Shown here: piece after piece, positions 40,048 to 50,148 of the stretch | Position numbering within the stretch: the stretch's first letter is position 1 | Layout of the letters: the number at the start of each line of letters is the position of its first letter | Origin: an uncultured Pirellulales bacterium | GTDB lineage: Bacteria; Planctomycetota; Phycisphaerae; Sedimentisphaerales; Anaerobacaceae | NCBI GenBank assembly: GCA_964421295.1 | Contig: CAYQXM010000015.1 | Coordinates: forward strand, 769-64,768 | Length of the DNA stretch: 64,000 nucleotides | Direction: 5' to 3' | Translations under genes and position numbers: made by a program | Notes under the pieces: model-generated | What the model was told of the DNA's origin: nothing | Databases searched by the model: none | The model's input: only the letters and a program-made list of their open reading frames with translations

Positions 40048-40635
40048 ATGAACGAGCAAGGGACGGAAAGTCCGAGCAATCGTCGGGAAATGTTGAAGCT
40101 GTCGGCCACCGGGGTGCTGGGGGCGGTGGCGGCCGGGGCGATGATGCCGCAGGCGGCGCGGGCGGCGGAGACGGGCACGCTGTCCGACGTCTCGTATGCT
40201 TCGTGGATTCACGGGAACAGCATGCAGGTCGAGTTCCCGGAGCGGCTGGTGCAACGGAAGTGCATCGGACCCTTCATCCGCGTCGAGGGCTGGCCCGGCA
40301 CAACAAACTGGTTCCATTTCTCAATCCCGACGCCGGTCATGATCGACGACGTGCGGCTGCGCGCCGCGTGCGCTATCGTCAGCTTCGAGACCGGTTCCGT
40401 CGACGCCTTTATCCGGGACGTCCATATCTACGACGGCAACGGGAGGATCGCCGAGCACAACGGCGTCAACCTGTCGGCGGCTAATTACTTCGCGCGGTTC
40501 GATATCGCGGCCAAGCCGGAGATCTGGCAGGGCATCGGCATCTCCATCGGCGTCGAGTTCGGCCTCCAGGCCCTGGATCACTGGATGACGTTCGCCTCGG
40601 CCGGCTGTGACTTCACGCGCAAGGCGCCGAAATAG
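40048..40635 (+). CDS. Tat-signal secreted protein, function unknown
   Basis: ATG at 40048 follows AAGGAGAG. Twin-arginine leader SNRREMLKLSATGVLGAVAAGAMMPQAARA. Confidence 0.65.
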   Translation: MNEQGTESPSNRREMLKLSATGVLGAVAAGAMMPQAARAAETGTLSDVSYASWIHGNSMQVEFPERLVQRKCIGPFIRVEGWPGTTNWFHFSIPTPVMIDDVRLRAACAIVSFETGSVDAFIRDVHIYDGNGRIAEHNGVNLSAANYFARFDIAAKPEIWQGIGISIGVEFGLQALDHWMTFASAGCDFTRKAPK

Positions 40636-40680
40636 GCGAAGAATCCTGCCGACCAGAATTGCTGGGCGGTGACGTGACCT

Positions 40681-42366
40681 CTAGCGTACGCCGACGGGGT
40701 CGGTGACGCGGAGACTGTCGAACCAGAATTGCATCCCGACGAAATCGTGGTACTCGGAGACGATCTCGCAACGGTCCACCGCGGACCAGTCGAAGGCGCC
40801 GCGTGGATTGTACCAGCCGTCGTCCCATGAGCCGCGGTCTTTGAAGTTCTTCAGCGGGATCCGGACGTGGTGCCACGAGCCGTCCCAGGGAGCCAGCGTC
40901 TGATCGATGGCGGCGCCCATGCGCCAGGGGTGGTCGGCCGCATCGCTGGTCTTGGTGTCCACGAAACGGACTTCGATCTTGCTGCCGGAGGGCGCGACGC
41001 CGCGGACCCAGAGGTCCAGGGCGCTGTCTCCCTTGACGAGCAGGGTCATGTCTTTGTTGGGCCGGAAGTCGAAACCGATGGCGGCATAACGCGGCAGGCC
41101 GGCGGCGTAGATGCAGTACGTACCTTCCTGCGGTTGCGTGCCGTCATAGAAGTCCAGCGTCCCCTGAGTGACCCAGCTCGTGTTCAGCACGCCGAGCCCG
41201 GCGCCGTCGCCATAGAGAGCAAAGCCCACGCTGTCGGGCGTCACGACATACGGCGTCTGTGCGGGGGCGGTCAATCCGAGCGCTTCGGCGAGCGGGACAT
41301 TCAGGTCGTGCTCGAAAAGCTCGCTCGTGCCCGCCTGGAAGAGGCCGAAACCACCCTGGTAATCCCACATCGTCCAGGGGATGCCCTTTTCGGCGAAGTA
41401 CTCGCGGACCAGCTTGTACCAGGCGACCCGCTGGCCGGCGTTGCTGTTGGGCCGGTAGACGCCGAACTCGCCGCAGAAGATGGGGACGTGCATCGTGTTC
41501 TGGAACTCGGTGGCGATATCGAGGAGCTGACGGACGTGGGCCGCGGTGCCGTCGGTGGCATAGGCCTTCAGGGAACTTTCAATCCAGGTCCCTTTCAGCG
41601 ACTCGGGGCAGGCGGGCATCGCGGCGGCGCCGTACGGGAATGGCACACCCGCCAGCGGCACCATCGACGGGTTCGTCCAACTGGCGCCCTGGTGCGTGAA
41701 CATGAAGGGGTCGTAGAAGTGGAACGAGTAGATCAGGTTGTCGTCCCGATAGCGACCGAGGGCCTTGAGGTTATTGTAGCTGCCCCACCCCGCGCCGGTG
41801 ACGACGATCGTGTGCACACCGTCGATCGCGCGGATGGCATTGATGACCTGCCGCTGAATCTCCATCCATCGGGCGTCGTCGATGCCGTGCGGCTCGTTGA
41901 GGATTTCGTAGTAGAGGTACGTCGAACGGCTCTTGTAGTGCTCCGCCATCTGCGACCAGACAGGGAGGAGGACCTTGTCGACGTTCGGATCCGTGCTGGC
42001 GTCCACGTCGAAGGTGTGGTTGTCGAGGATCAGGTGAATCTTCAGCTCCTCGCTCCAGTCGACGATCTGGTCGAGGAAGTAAAAGAAGAGCGGATCGATC
42101 GTGTAATGCGGCGCGCCATCGGTCATGAAGTGCAGGTTGATGGGCAGACGGATCACGTCGCCGCCAAGGCTCTTGATATTGGCGAGATCCTGCTTCGTGT
42201 ACTTGCTGAACTGGATCGTCCGGGCGTTGTCGGCCTGCAGCCAGTTCGTGAGGTTGACCCCACGATGGAACGCCACCGGCGGCGGCGTAGTGCTCTCGGC
42301 CCACGCGCAAGCGCACGCCCATGCGACCGCAAGCAATGCCGCTGCCGCTACCACCAAAGAACGCAT
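40681..42366 (-). CDS. Glycoside hydrolase family 5 (cellulase/mannanase-type) with a C-terminal carbohydrate-binding-like domain
   Basis: Signal peptide MRSLVVAAAALLAVAWACACAWA after AGGAGG. GVNLTNW, IRLPINLH, DNHTF, and YEILNEP (acid/base Glu). Confidence 0.82.
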   Translation of the reverse strand: MRSLVVAAAALLAVAWACACAWAESTTPPPVAFHRGVNLTNWLQADNARTIQFSKYTKQDLANIKSLGGDVIRLPINLHFMTDGAPHYTIDPLFFYFLDQIVDWSEELKIHLILDNHTFDVDASTDPNVDKVLLPVWSQMAEHYKSRSTYLYYEILNEPHGIDDARWMEIQRQVINAIRAIDGVHTIVVTGAGWGSYNNLKALGRYRDDNLIYSFHFYDPFMFTHQGASWTNPSMVPLAGVPFPYGAAAMPACPESLKGTWIESSLKAYATDGTAAHVRQLLDIATEFQNTMHVPIFCGEFGVYRPNSNAGQRVAWYKLVREYFAEKGIPWTMWDYQGGFGLFQAGTSELFEHDLNVPLAEALGLTAPAQTPYVVTPDSVGFALYGDGAGLGVLNTSWVTQGTLDFYDGTQPQEGTYCIYAAGLPRYAAIGFDFRPNKDMTLLVKGDSALDLWVRGVAPSGSKIEVRFVDTKTSDAADHPWRMGAAIDQTLAPWDGSWHHVRIPLKNFKDRGSWDDGWYNPRGAFDWSAVDRCEIVSEYHDFVGMQFWFDSLRVTDPVGVR

Positions 42367-42721
42367 GCCCGATCCTCCTGCAAACGCCCGAGGGCTTGAC
42401 GGACTCTTCATACTCCTTCATTATCGTCCCGGCGCGCGACCGGTAAAGCAGAAAGCCCCCGGCGGCACCTGCCCACGCAGATTTTCGGACATTGACATTC
42501 CTCCCGTCCGATAGGAGCAACGCGGGCCCGCAGCCTTGTTTTCCTTGACTTCCGGCCCCAATTGTGATAGAATCACTCTTGTTCACAGGATGGATTGCGG
42601 GCATCTGGAGGCCACCGGGGGATTTGTCGCTCAGAGACGGACCGTCGCCGACGCAGGCGCTGCTGCCGCTCTGTGCCATCCGAGTCATCGGGGAGGGTTG
42701 GGTATTTCACCTGTAAAGGCC

Positions 42722-44614
42722 ATGGGACTTTCAGCACCGCAACAGATAGGGAAGGTTCGCGTCTATCGCCTCCCGACATCTGACGCCGCGCGTCCCGTCT
42801 ATAGTGACGGCGACATCGAAGAGACGCTGCAGCAGATGTTCCAGGGCGATGCCGCACGCGCGGACTCCGGGCAGGCCGCGGCCTACGGATCGTGGGCGGA
42901 GGAATACCATCTCTCCACGGTGCGTCACAACCTGCTCAAATGGTACCCGTTCAACCATCAGGGGAGCCTGCTGGAGATCGGCGCCGGATGCGGCGCGCTG
43001 ACGGGACTCTTCTGCGAGAAGGTCAGCCGCGTTCTGGCCCTCGAATACAGCCCCCGCCGGGCCGGGATCACCGCCTTACGCCATGCGGGTCGTTCCAACC
43101 TTGAGATCATCGTCGGCGGTTTCCAGGATTTTGAAACCACCGAGCAATTCGATTATGTCACGATCATCGGCGTGCTGGAATACGCCGCCGAGTTCTACGG
43201 GGGCCGCAACCCTTACGAGTCGTTCCTGAAGCGCGCCCATCAACTGCTGCGCCCGGGCGGACATCTCCTGCTGGCGATTGAGAATAAGATTGGTCTGAAA
43301 TACCTCACCGGCGCCGCCGAAGACCACACGGGCCGGGCTTTCGATTCGATCTACAACTATCCGTACTCCAAGAATGTCCGGACGTTCAGCCGGACCGAGC
43401 TGGCCGCGTTGCTCGGCGCCGCGGACTTCCGGCATCTGGACTGGTATTATCCGTTGCCCGACTACAAGCTGCCGCACGCGGTGCTGTCGGACGCGGTGCA
43501 TCCCGGCAACACAGATCCCATTTGGGCCCTGGCGCCCGCGACGATTCCACACCTGCCGCGGCGCGAGGTGCTTTCGGAGAAACTGCTGGGCCAGACGCTG
43601 GCGCAAGCGGGCCTCTTCAGCGAGTTCGCCAACTCGTTTCTCGTCATCGCGTCGAAAGAGGCCGTGACGGAGGAACCGCGCTGCCTGCGTTTCTTCGGCT
43701 CCAACCGCAGCCGCCGACCGGCGTACCGGACGTGCGTCTCGATTCGCCTGAACCGCGGCGCCAAACAGGTCGTCAAAATCGCCGACAACCGGCAGGCGGA
43801 GGATTTCATCAATGAACTGCCCCTGCGCGAGCAACTCGCGCAGTCTTTCTTCGCCGGCAAGGCCACCGTGGTCGCCGGCGCACTTAACGGCACTGAGATT
43901 GTCTATCCCCACCTGGAATACCCTACATTGAAGGAGATGATCGCCCGCACCCTGGCGGACGACGACGCGGCAGGCGAACAGCGCCTGCTCGACGAGTATC
44001 TGAGCTTCGTACGCGGCCTGCCCTCGCACGACTGCGTCCCGGAGGAGTTTCTGCACGAGTTTACAGGGGCAACTCCAACCGCAGGGAAGGTGCTCCGCTG
44101 CCTCGACTGCGCCCCGGTCGATTGCATCCCCGCCAACATCTTCGTCGGCCCCGAGGGCTGGCACATCATCGATTCGGAGTGGACGCTGCCCTTCCCGATG
44201 CCGGTGGATTTCCTGATCTTCCGCGCCATCCACGCCCTTACGCACGATCTGCAATTCTACATCCAGAAGCGTGCCTCGTCCCGGCACCCGGTGGTGCGCC
44301 TGTGCGGCATGCGTCACCCGCACTACATCCCCGCCGACTGGTTCGACCTGCTGAACAATCTCCAGGTCCCCGGCCGGCAATTGTCACAATGGGAGGTCGG
44401 TTTCCAGAACATGGCGCTCCTGTCGGCCCCGTCGCGCCGGAGCCTCTGGTTCCCGCTCACGCGCCGCCGGCTCACCCACGTGAAAATCAAGGACGCCGCA
44501 CGCCTGTCCGACGTCCCGTTCTACGTCCACCGCCTGCGTCGCCGCCTCGCCGCCTTGGCCCGCCTGCGCCGACGCCGCCCCGCCCTCGAACCCATCCTCA
44601 CGCCGGCAAGCTGA
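42722..44614 (+). CDS. Class I SAM methyltransferase fused to a protein-kinase-like domain and a basic C-terminal tail (WbdD-like architecture)
   Basis: SAM motif I LLEIGAGCGALTG. Downstream kinase-like catalytic-loop context VDCIPANIFVGPEGWHIIDSEW. Arg-rich C-terminus RLRRRLAALARLRRRRP. The start is uncertain. Confidence 0.6.
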   Translation: MGLSAPQQIGKVRVYRLPTSDAARPVYSDGDIEETLQQMFQGDAARADSGQAAAYGSWAEEYHLSTVRHNLLKWYPFNHQGSLLEIGAGCGALTGLFCEKVSRVLALEYSPRRAGITALRHAGRSNLEIIVGGFQDFETTEQFDYVTIIGVLEYAAEFYGGRNPYESFLKRAHQLLRPGGHLLLAIENKIGLKYLTGAAEDHTGRAFDSIYNYPYSKNVRTFSRTELAALLGAADFRHLDWYYPLPDYKLPHAVLSDAVHPGNTDPIWALAPATIPHLPRREVLSEKLLGQTLAQAGLFSEFANSFLVIASKEAVTEEPRCLRFFGSNRSRRPAYRTCVSIRLNRGAKQVVKIADNRQAEDFINELPLREQLAQSFFAGKATVVAGALNGTEIVYPHLEYPTLKEMIARTLADDDAAGEQRLLDEYLSFVRGLPSHDCVPEEFLHEFTGATPTAGKVLRCLDCAPVDCIPANIFVGPEGWHIIDSEWTLPFPMPVDFLIFRAIHALTHDLQFYIQKRASSRHPVVRLCGMRHPHYIPADWFDLLNNLQVPGRQLSQWEVGFQNMALLSAPSRRSLWFPLTRRRLTHVKIKDAARLSDVPFYVHRLRRRLAALARLRRRRPALEPILTPAS

Positions 44615-44643
44615 TCACGCGGCGGTTGAAGGAGAATGCGCGG

Positions 44644-47439
44644 CTATTCCTTTGCCCCGTGCTCGCGCAATAGCTTGACTATCTCTTCGTGACCTTCTTC
44701 CCGAGCCCATTGCAGCACGGTTTTGCCGGTTTTGTCCTTTCCGTTGATATCGGCACCATGGGTAATCAGAATCTGTACCATATCCTTGTCGTTACGATCT
44801 ACCGCGAAATGCACCGGCGTCCAGCCAAAATCGACGGCCACATTGACATCGGCACCGTGGACCAGCAGTAGTTCTACTATGTCCTTATGACCGCCCATGA
44901 CCGCCGCATGCAGCGGCGGAGTTGGACCGGGGCGCTTGGGATTGATCGCCGCGCCTTTGGACAACAAGAGTTGCACCGTGTCCTTGTCACCTCGACGTAC
45001 TGCACAGAGGAGCGGCGTCGAGCCGTCGAGGTCTCGTGCATTCACGTCCGCGCCACGGTCGAGCAGAAGCGCTGCCACGTCTTTCTGGCCGGCGCAATGC
45101 AGCGCACTGCAGGAGTGCCAGACCATCTTCGTATTGGCATCGACGCCGTTGTCGAGGAATTCCTTTACTTTGGCAGTATCTCCCAGGAAGGCGGCGACGT
45201 AGAGGGTCGACACCGTGGCGCCCTTAGCCAGGAGGAGATTCACCAGATCCTTGTTCCCCTCCGCCACCGCATAATTGATGGGCGTCAAGCCGCCTCGTTC
45301 CCTGGCGTTCACGTCCGCGCCGCTCGCCAATAGCAGCTCCACCATGCCTTTGTTCTGTTGCGCAACGGCCCTGTGCAGGGGCGTCCAGCCACTCTGGTCG
45401 GGCGCGTTGACGTCGGCACCTTTGGCGATCAGCAACCTGGCCCCCGCGACGTCACCCTCCCGGGCGGCTTTGTGAAGCGGCGTGGGATTTCTCTTCATCG
45501 CGTCTTCCACGGCCGCACCGGATGTCGCCCCATGCGCACGCAGAAGATCGGCCACGTCTGTGTGGTCTCCGGAAACGGCTTCGAGCAAGGGTGTCCCAAC
45601 TCGTGTTCTTTGTCCGCCGACGATACGCAACAGCAGAGCCGCTTTAGGCTTGGCATTGACGTTCGCACCCTTGCGAATGAGCAGTTCCGCTAGCGCAAAT
45701 TCGCCGGCCCGGGCGGCTACGTGCAAAGGGGTGCGGCCATCTTCATCAGGGGCATTGACGTCGGCGCCCTTGGCGATGAGCAGCGCGGCGATTTCCGTCT
45801 GCCCGCTGGCCGCAGCTCGGTGCAGAGGTGTCTGGCCAACACTATCTGTCATCCGGAGATTCGCACCGTGACCCAGCAGCATTTCTGCTATGTCCTTCGC
45901 GCCGGCGCCAGCCGCAACATGCAGGGGTGTTTCGCCCAGACGAGTCTGCGTGTTCACGGGAGCACCTTTGGACAGGAGCAATTTCGCTGTCTCCAGATAA
46001 CCGGCGCGCCCGACGGCAGCGTGCAGGGCGGTATCGCCATTCTGATCTACGGCATTGACGTCGGCGCCCGCCGCGAGCAGCATCTCCGCGATGCGCGCGT
46101 CGCTTTGACGCGCCGCCATGTGCAAGGGGATCCCGGAGCCGCGTCGGCCCCTGACATTAACATCGGCACCCCGGGCCAACGCCAGTTTCGCGATGTCCTT
46201 ATGTCCGGTCCAAATGGCCAGATGCAACGTCGTATCGCCATCCCCATCCGGAGTATTGACGTCGGCGCCCTTGGAGATCAGCAACTCCGCGACCTCCGTT
46301 TGGCCCCGCCGAACCGCTTCATGCAGAGGCGTCGAACTTGAAACGCGCGGCATCCCTGGTTTTGAAACACTCATCACAGCCCGAAGATCAGCCCCCTTGG
46401 CCAGAAGGATTTGCACGACCTCCTTGTGCCCGCGGAGAGCCGCCAGGTGCAACGGTGTGCAACCACCTGCGTCACTGGCGCCCGCCTGCGCCCCCTGATC
46501 CACGAGAAACTGCACTACTTCCGTTTGCCCTTCAAGTGCTGCGTAATGGAGAGACGTGAAACTGTTCCTGTCGTTGACATTCACCTGATTGCCGTCGGCC
46601 GCCAGAGTCCTCACTTGGGCCAGGTCCCCAAGATAGGCGGCAAGATGAATGCTCTTGAGGTCGAGAGAACCAACACCCCTGGACGCGAGCACGGCGACCG
46701 TTTCTCTATGGCTGATGAGTCTGTCCGCCATGGCCTTGTCTACCGCGGTCCGACCTTCGTTGTCTGTTGCCTTCGGATCCGCACCCTTGGCGATAAGCAA
46801 CTCCAGGATGTCCTTCCGACCGAACGACGCGGCCAGGTGAATAAGCGTCGTGCCGGCGCGATCCTTCACGTTGACGTCGGCACCATGAGCCAGGAGGACC
46901 TCGATGATGTCCTTCTGACCCGATGCGGCGGCGCTATAGAGAGGCGTCTGGCCGTAACTGTCCTTTTCGTTGGCGGGAGCACCTTGGGCGAGCAACAGCT
47001 CCACCATCTCCCGGTCCTTCTTGCGCGCGGCAATGCGCAAAGGCGTCTCGCCGCTGACGCCCTTCGCGCTGATATCAGCGCCTCTGGCGACGAGCAGTTT
47101 GGCCACGTCCGTGTGACCCGCTGAGAGCGCATCATGCAGCGGCGTCACACCCACAAAACCTTGCACGGTTCTCGTCGCATTCACCTCCGCCCCGCTATCG
47201 AGGAGGAGCGCCGCAACATCCCGACGACCGTTGAGCGCCGCGCGATGCAAAGGCGTGGCTCCCTCCTTGTCGACGAGGTTGACGTCACCACCCCTGGAGA
47301 TGAGCAGGCGCACTTGATTGGCGTCACCCTCCGCGGCGGCGATATGAAGCGACTCGCTCGGTTGTCTTGCCGACTGCGCGTACGCGCCCGCAAGAATCGT
47401 CCATGTCAGGAACACACACGTTATCTCGATCGCCTTCAT
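44644..47439 (-). CDS. Secreted ankyrin-repeat protein (~27 repeats)
   Basis: ATG at 47439 (the track start is a GTG). Signal peptide MKAIEITCVFLTWTILAGAYA. Continuous G.TPLH.A...GH.....LL..GA.VN repeats. Confidence 0.85.
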   Translation of the reverse strand: MKAIEITCVFLTWTILAGAYAQSARQPSESLHIAAAEGDANQVRLLISRGGDVNLVDKEGATPLHRAALNGRRDVAALLLDSGAEVNATRTVQGFVGVTPLHDALSAGHTDVAKLLVARGADISAKGVSGETPLRIAARKKDREMVELLLAQGAPANEKDSYGQTPLYSAAASGQKDIIEVLLAHGADVNVKDRAGTTLIHLAASFGRKDILELLIAKGADPKATDNEGRTAVDKAMADRLISHRETVAVLASRGVGSLDLKSIHLAAYLGDLAQVRTLAADGNQVNVNDRNSFTSLHYAALEGQTEVVQFLVDQGAQAGASDAGGCTPLHLAALRGHKEVVQILLAKGADLRAVMSVSKPGMPRVSSSTPLHEAVRRGQTEVAELLISKGADVNTPDGDGDTTLHLAIWTGHKDIAKLALARGADVNVRGRRGSGIPLHMAARQSDARIAEMLLAAGADVNAVDQNGDTALHAAVGRAGYLETAKLLLSKGAPVNTQTRLGETPLHVAAGAGAKDIAEMLLGHGANLRMTDSVGQTPLHRAAASGQTEIAALLIAKGADVNAPDEDGRTPLHVAARAGEFALAELLIRKGANVNAKPKAALLLRIVGGQRTRVGTPLLEAVSGDHTDVADLLRAHGATSGAAVEDAMKRNPTPLHKAAREGDVAGARLLIAKGADVNAPDQSGWTPLHRAVAQQNKGMVELLLASGADVNARERGGLTPINYAVAEGNKDLVNLLLAKGATVSTLYVAAFLGDTAKVKEFLDNGVDANTKMVWHSCSALHCAGQKDVAALLLDRGADVNARDLDGSTPLLCAVRRGDKDTVQLLLSKGAAINPKRPGPTPPLHAAVMGGHKDIVELLLVHGADVNVAVDFGWTPVHFAVDRNDKDMVQILITHGADINGKDKTGKTVLQWAREEGHEEIVKLLREHGAKE

Positions 47440-47559
47440 CGTTGGCACTCCCAGGAAGCAAGCGACTATTGCCTGTGCACGAGACTATTCTAAAAGCTCG
47501 TTCCCACAAAAGCAAGAGGGTACCGTGAGGGGCGGACCGTGCTTTATGGCGCATTGATT

Positions 47560-48249
47560 TCACTCGGCCGTCGTCGGATGGACCTGACCATTCTCGAGAA
47601 GGTAGTGCTGGTCGGCGGCATCGGGGGAGAATTCGCCGTGGGTGCAGACGATGAGAGTCGTACTGTTCCGGCGGACCAGGGTCGTCAGGCAGGTCAGGAT
47701 GGACTGAGCGGTCTGGGGATCGACGTCGCCCGTGGGTTCGTCGGCGAAGACGAGGGACGGCACGTGGATCAGGGCGCGGGCGATGGCGACCCGCTGCTGC
47801 TGGCCAATGCTGAGCTCGGAAGGCAGGTGGTCGATGCGGTCGCTCAGCTCCAGGCTGTCGAGCATGTCACGCACTTGGCCCGCGCGCTGACTGCGCGTGA
47901 GGCGTGTGTGGATGAGGGCGGCTTCCACGTTCTGGCCCGCAGTCCAGGAGGAGATCAGGTTGAAGTTCTGAAAGATGAAACCCATCGTCTCTCGTCGCAG
48001 GGCCGCGAGTTCGCCCGCGGAGAGTGCATCGAGCGGCCGGCCCGCGATCTCGACCCGACCCGTCGTGGGGCGATCCAAACCCGCCAGGATTTGCAGGAGC
48101 GTCGACTTGCCTGTACCACTGCGGCCCTGGATCACGGCGATCCCGCCCCGGCGGATTTCCAGGCTCACATCCGAGAGTACGTCCGTCGTGCGGCCGCGCG
48201 AGGCGAAGCGTTTCGTGACATGCTGACAGGTGAGAATCGTGTCGGTCAT
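47560..48249 (-). CDS. ABC transporter ATP-binding protein (MacB/LolD/FtsE family)
   Basis: Walker [10 protein letters not shown], signature [15 protein letters not shown], Walker [10 protein letters not shown]. Confidence 0.88.
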   Translation of the reverse strand: MTDTILTCQHVTKRFASRGRTTDVLSDVSLEIRRGGIAVIQGRSGTGKSTLLQILAGLDRPTTGRVEIAGRPLDALSAGELAALRRETMGFIFQNFNLISSWTAGQNVEAALIHTRLTRSQRAGQVRDMLDSLELSDRIDHLPSELSIGQQQRVAIARALIHVPSLVFADEPTGDVDPQTAQSILTCLTTLVRRNSTTLIVCTHGEFSPDAADQHYLLENGQVHPTTAE

Positions 48250-48260
48250 GGCCAGAGTCC

Positions 48261-49505
48261 TCAGAAGCTACGCAACAAGTTGGACGGACGTTGGTAGGCC
48301 GCCCAGAACGCCGGGAAGAGACCCGCCAGCAGGCCGCCGGCGACGGACAGGAGAATCGCCAGGAGACAGACCGGCAGCCAGTTGATCCCGGAGGCCGGGA
48401 CACCCATGGGGACCAGCCACCGCGCCAGTAGCCATGGCATGAGGGACGCGACGAGTACGCCGGCAATCAGCGCACCCCCAACCGCCTGCAGCACGGACTC
48501 CAGCACGATCTGTCCCATGATGCGATCGTTGGAGAAGCCCAGCGTCTTGAGGATGCCCAGCTCCCGCCTCCGTTCGACCAGGACCGACAACTGGGCGATC
48601 ATGGCCAGGAGCACGGTGAAGATTCCGATCGCTACGATCAGGACCGCCAGCGCCGCGGTGTTGATGGCCCGCGCCCGGGAGGCGGGTTTGTAGCAGGCGT
48701 AGCTCGATATCACCAGATCGGGGTACAGCGATTTCACTTCCCGGATGGCCTGATCCTGCACGGAGCTGTCTTTGACTTCCACAAGGATCAGGTTGCAGTA
48801 GCCGGCCAGAGGGACATTGGGCAGTTGCGTTGCGACCAGGCGCTCGGCCTGGGCGTAGGGCAGGTAGATATCCGCGCGGGCCGGACGGATGCCGGGGTTG
48901 ATGATGCCCTGGACGATGAAAGCCTCTCCTGCGATACGGAGCGTCTGGTTCACCTTGAGGCCCCGCAATTTGGCATAGGCCTGTTCCACGAGGACCTTGC
49001 CGGTGTCACCCTCCCAGAGGAAGCGTCCCTCGACGATATCCGTGGCCGCACAGCAGGTCGTGCCCACCACCATGGTGTTGTTCGGATCGAAGCCGCCAAC
49101 GGTGAAGAGGTGGTCGTCGTTGGGGTCGCGGAACCGGTATTGCAGATAGCGCGCCGCATCGGCCACGGTGGGCACGGCCCGAATCTTCTCGACAAAGGCA
49201 TGGGGCATCAAGTGGGTCCGCGTGCCGAACGCCACGAGTCCCTCGCTCTTGATCTGGCTGTTGGCCACGGCCATGCATGGTCCACACGCGGCCATGTCCG
49301 CCGGGGCAAAGGCCACGAAATGCGTCCCGGTGTGATCGAGGATTCCAGCACTGCTGCGGCCTGAGGCCTGCAGGACACCGACCAGCACCATCATGCTCGA
49401 CACTGCCAAGGCATAACCCAGGACCGTTGTCAAGGTTCGCGCTTTGCGTTGCCGCAGTTCGCACCAGGCGTGTTGGAGGATCGCACTCATCGCGGGCACC
49501 TGCAT
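48261..49505 (-). CDS. ABC transporter permease, FtsX/MacB type
   Basis: N-terminal TM segment, a large periplasmic domain, and a C-terminal FtsX 3-TM bundle (ELGILKTLGFSN). Confidence 0.82.
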   Translation of the reverse strand: MQVPAMSAILQHAWCELRQRKARTLTTVLGYALAVSSMMVLVGVLQASGRSSAGILDHTGTHFVAFAPADMAACGPCMAVANSQIKSEGLVAFGTRTHLMPHAFVEKIRAVPTVADAARYLQYRFRDPNDDHLFTVGGFDPNNTMVVGTTCCAATDIVEGRFLWEGDTGKVLVEQAYAKLRGLKVNQTLRIAGEAFIVQGIINPGIRPARADIYLPYAQAERLVATQLPNVPLAGYCNLILVEVKDSSVQDQAIREVKSLYPDLVISSYACYKPASRARAINTAALAVLIVAIGIFTVLLAMIAQLSVLVERRRELGILKTLGFSNDRIMGQIVLESVLQAVGGALIAGVLVASLMPWLLARWLVPMGVPASGINWLPVCLLAILLSVAGGLLAGLFPAFWAAYQRPSNLLRSF

Positions 49506-49882
49506 GAAGTCCTCTTCGAGGAACGTCCCTTACGAGCCACCGCCATAATCGTATCCACGGATTGGCGATAGGCTTTCAAAGTCTCGGTCCATTGGTCCAG
49601 ACAGGCCCGGCCGCGGGGCGTCAAGGCGTATTTCCTCCGCATGGGTCCGGTCTCGGGCGCCTCCACGCACGAGGAGACCAGGCCCTCTTCTTCCATGACC
49701 TTGAGAGTCCGATAGACCCCCGAGTGATCGGGCCCTTCCTCCGCCAGCGGCATCATGGCCTTGAGGCGCTCGGTGATGACATAGCCGTGGGTCGGCCCCT
49801 CCGCCAGCACGGCCAGCGCCGCCGGGCGCACGAGCTTGGCCAGCGATTTGCCGGTGCAGGCGCACGCGGTAAAGTCCATCAT
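49487..49882 (-). CDS. PadR-family transcriptional regulator
   Basis: GPTHGYVITERLK...GVYRTLKVMEEEGLV winged-helix motif. Its 3' end overlaps the permease start by 19 nt. Confidence 0.78.
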   Translation of the reverse strand: MMDFTACACTGKSLAKLVRPAALAVLAEGPTHGYVITERLKAMMPLAEEGPDHSGVYRTLKVMEEEGLVSSCVEAPETGPMRRKYALTPRGRACLDQWTETLKAYRQSVDTIMAVARKGRSSKRTSCRCPR

Positions 49883-50030
49883 GAGACTCCTTCAACTATG
49901 TGAGTAGGTCCAATAGCAACGGATCATACCCCGCGTGCATGAAGGGGTCAACGAGATTTTCCTCCATGTCCGCTCTCCACCGCCCGGTCCAGCTTTTCAG
50001 ATGCGGCTCCTCAAAGACGAACGCCCTTGC

Positions 50031-50148
50031 CGGACGGACATACTGTCCATCCTCAATGACGCCCTCCAACGCTCATGAGCATCACCTTTTACTAAACGCA
50101 GTGGCATGACCGGCGTTTCATTTTTCTGCCCCGAAATCTGTCAACGAT
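50031..50148 (-). repeat. Inter-paralog spacer, copy 1 (3'-flank part only; sits between the last paralog and padR)
   Basis: cggacatactgtccatcctcaatgacgccctccaacgctcatgagcatcaccttttactaaacgcagtggcatgaccggcgtttca... aligns with 55360-55475 and 57316-57416. Confidence 0.75.
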
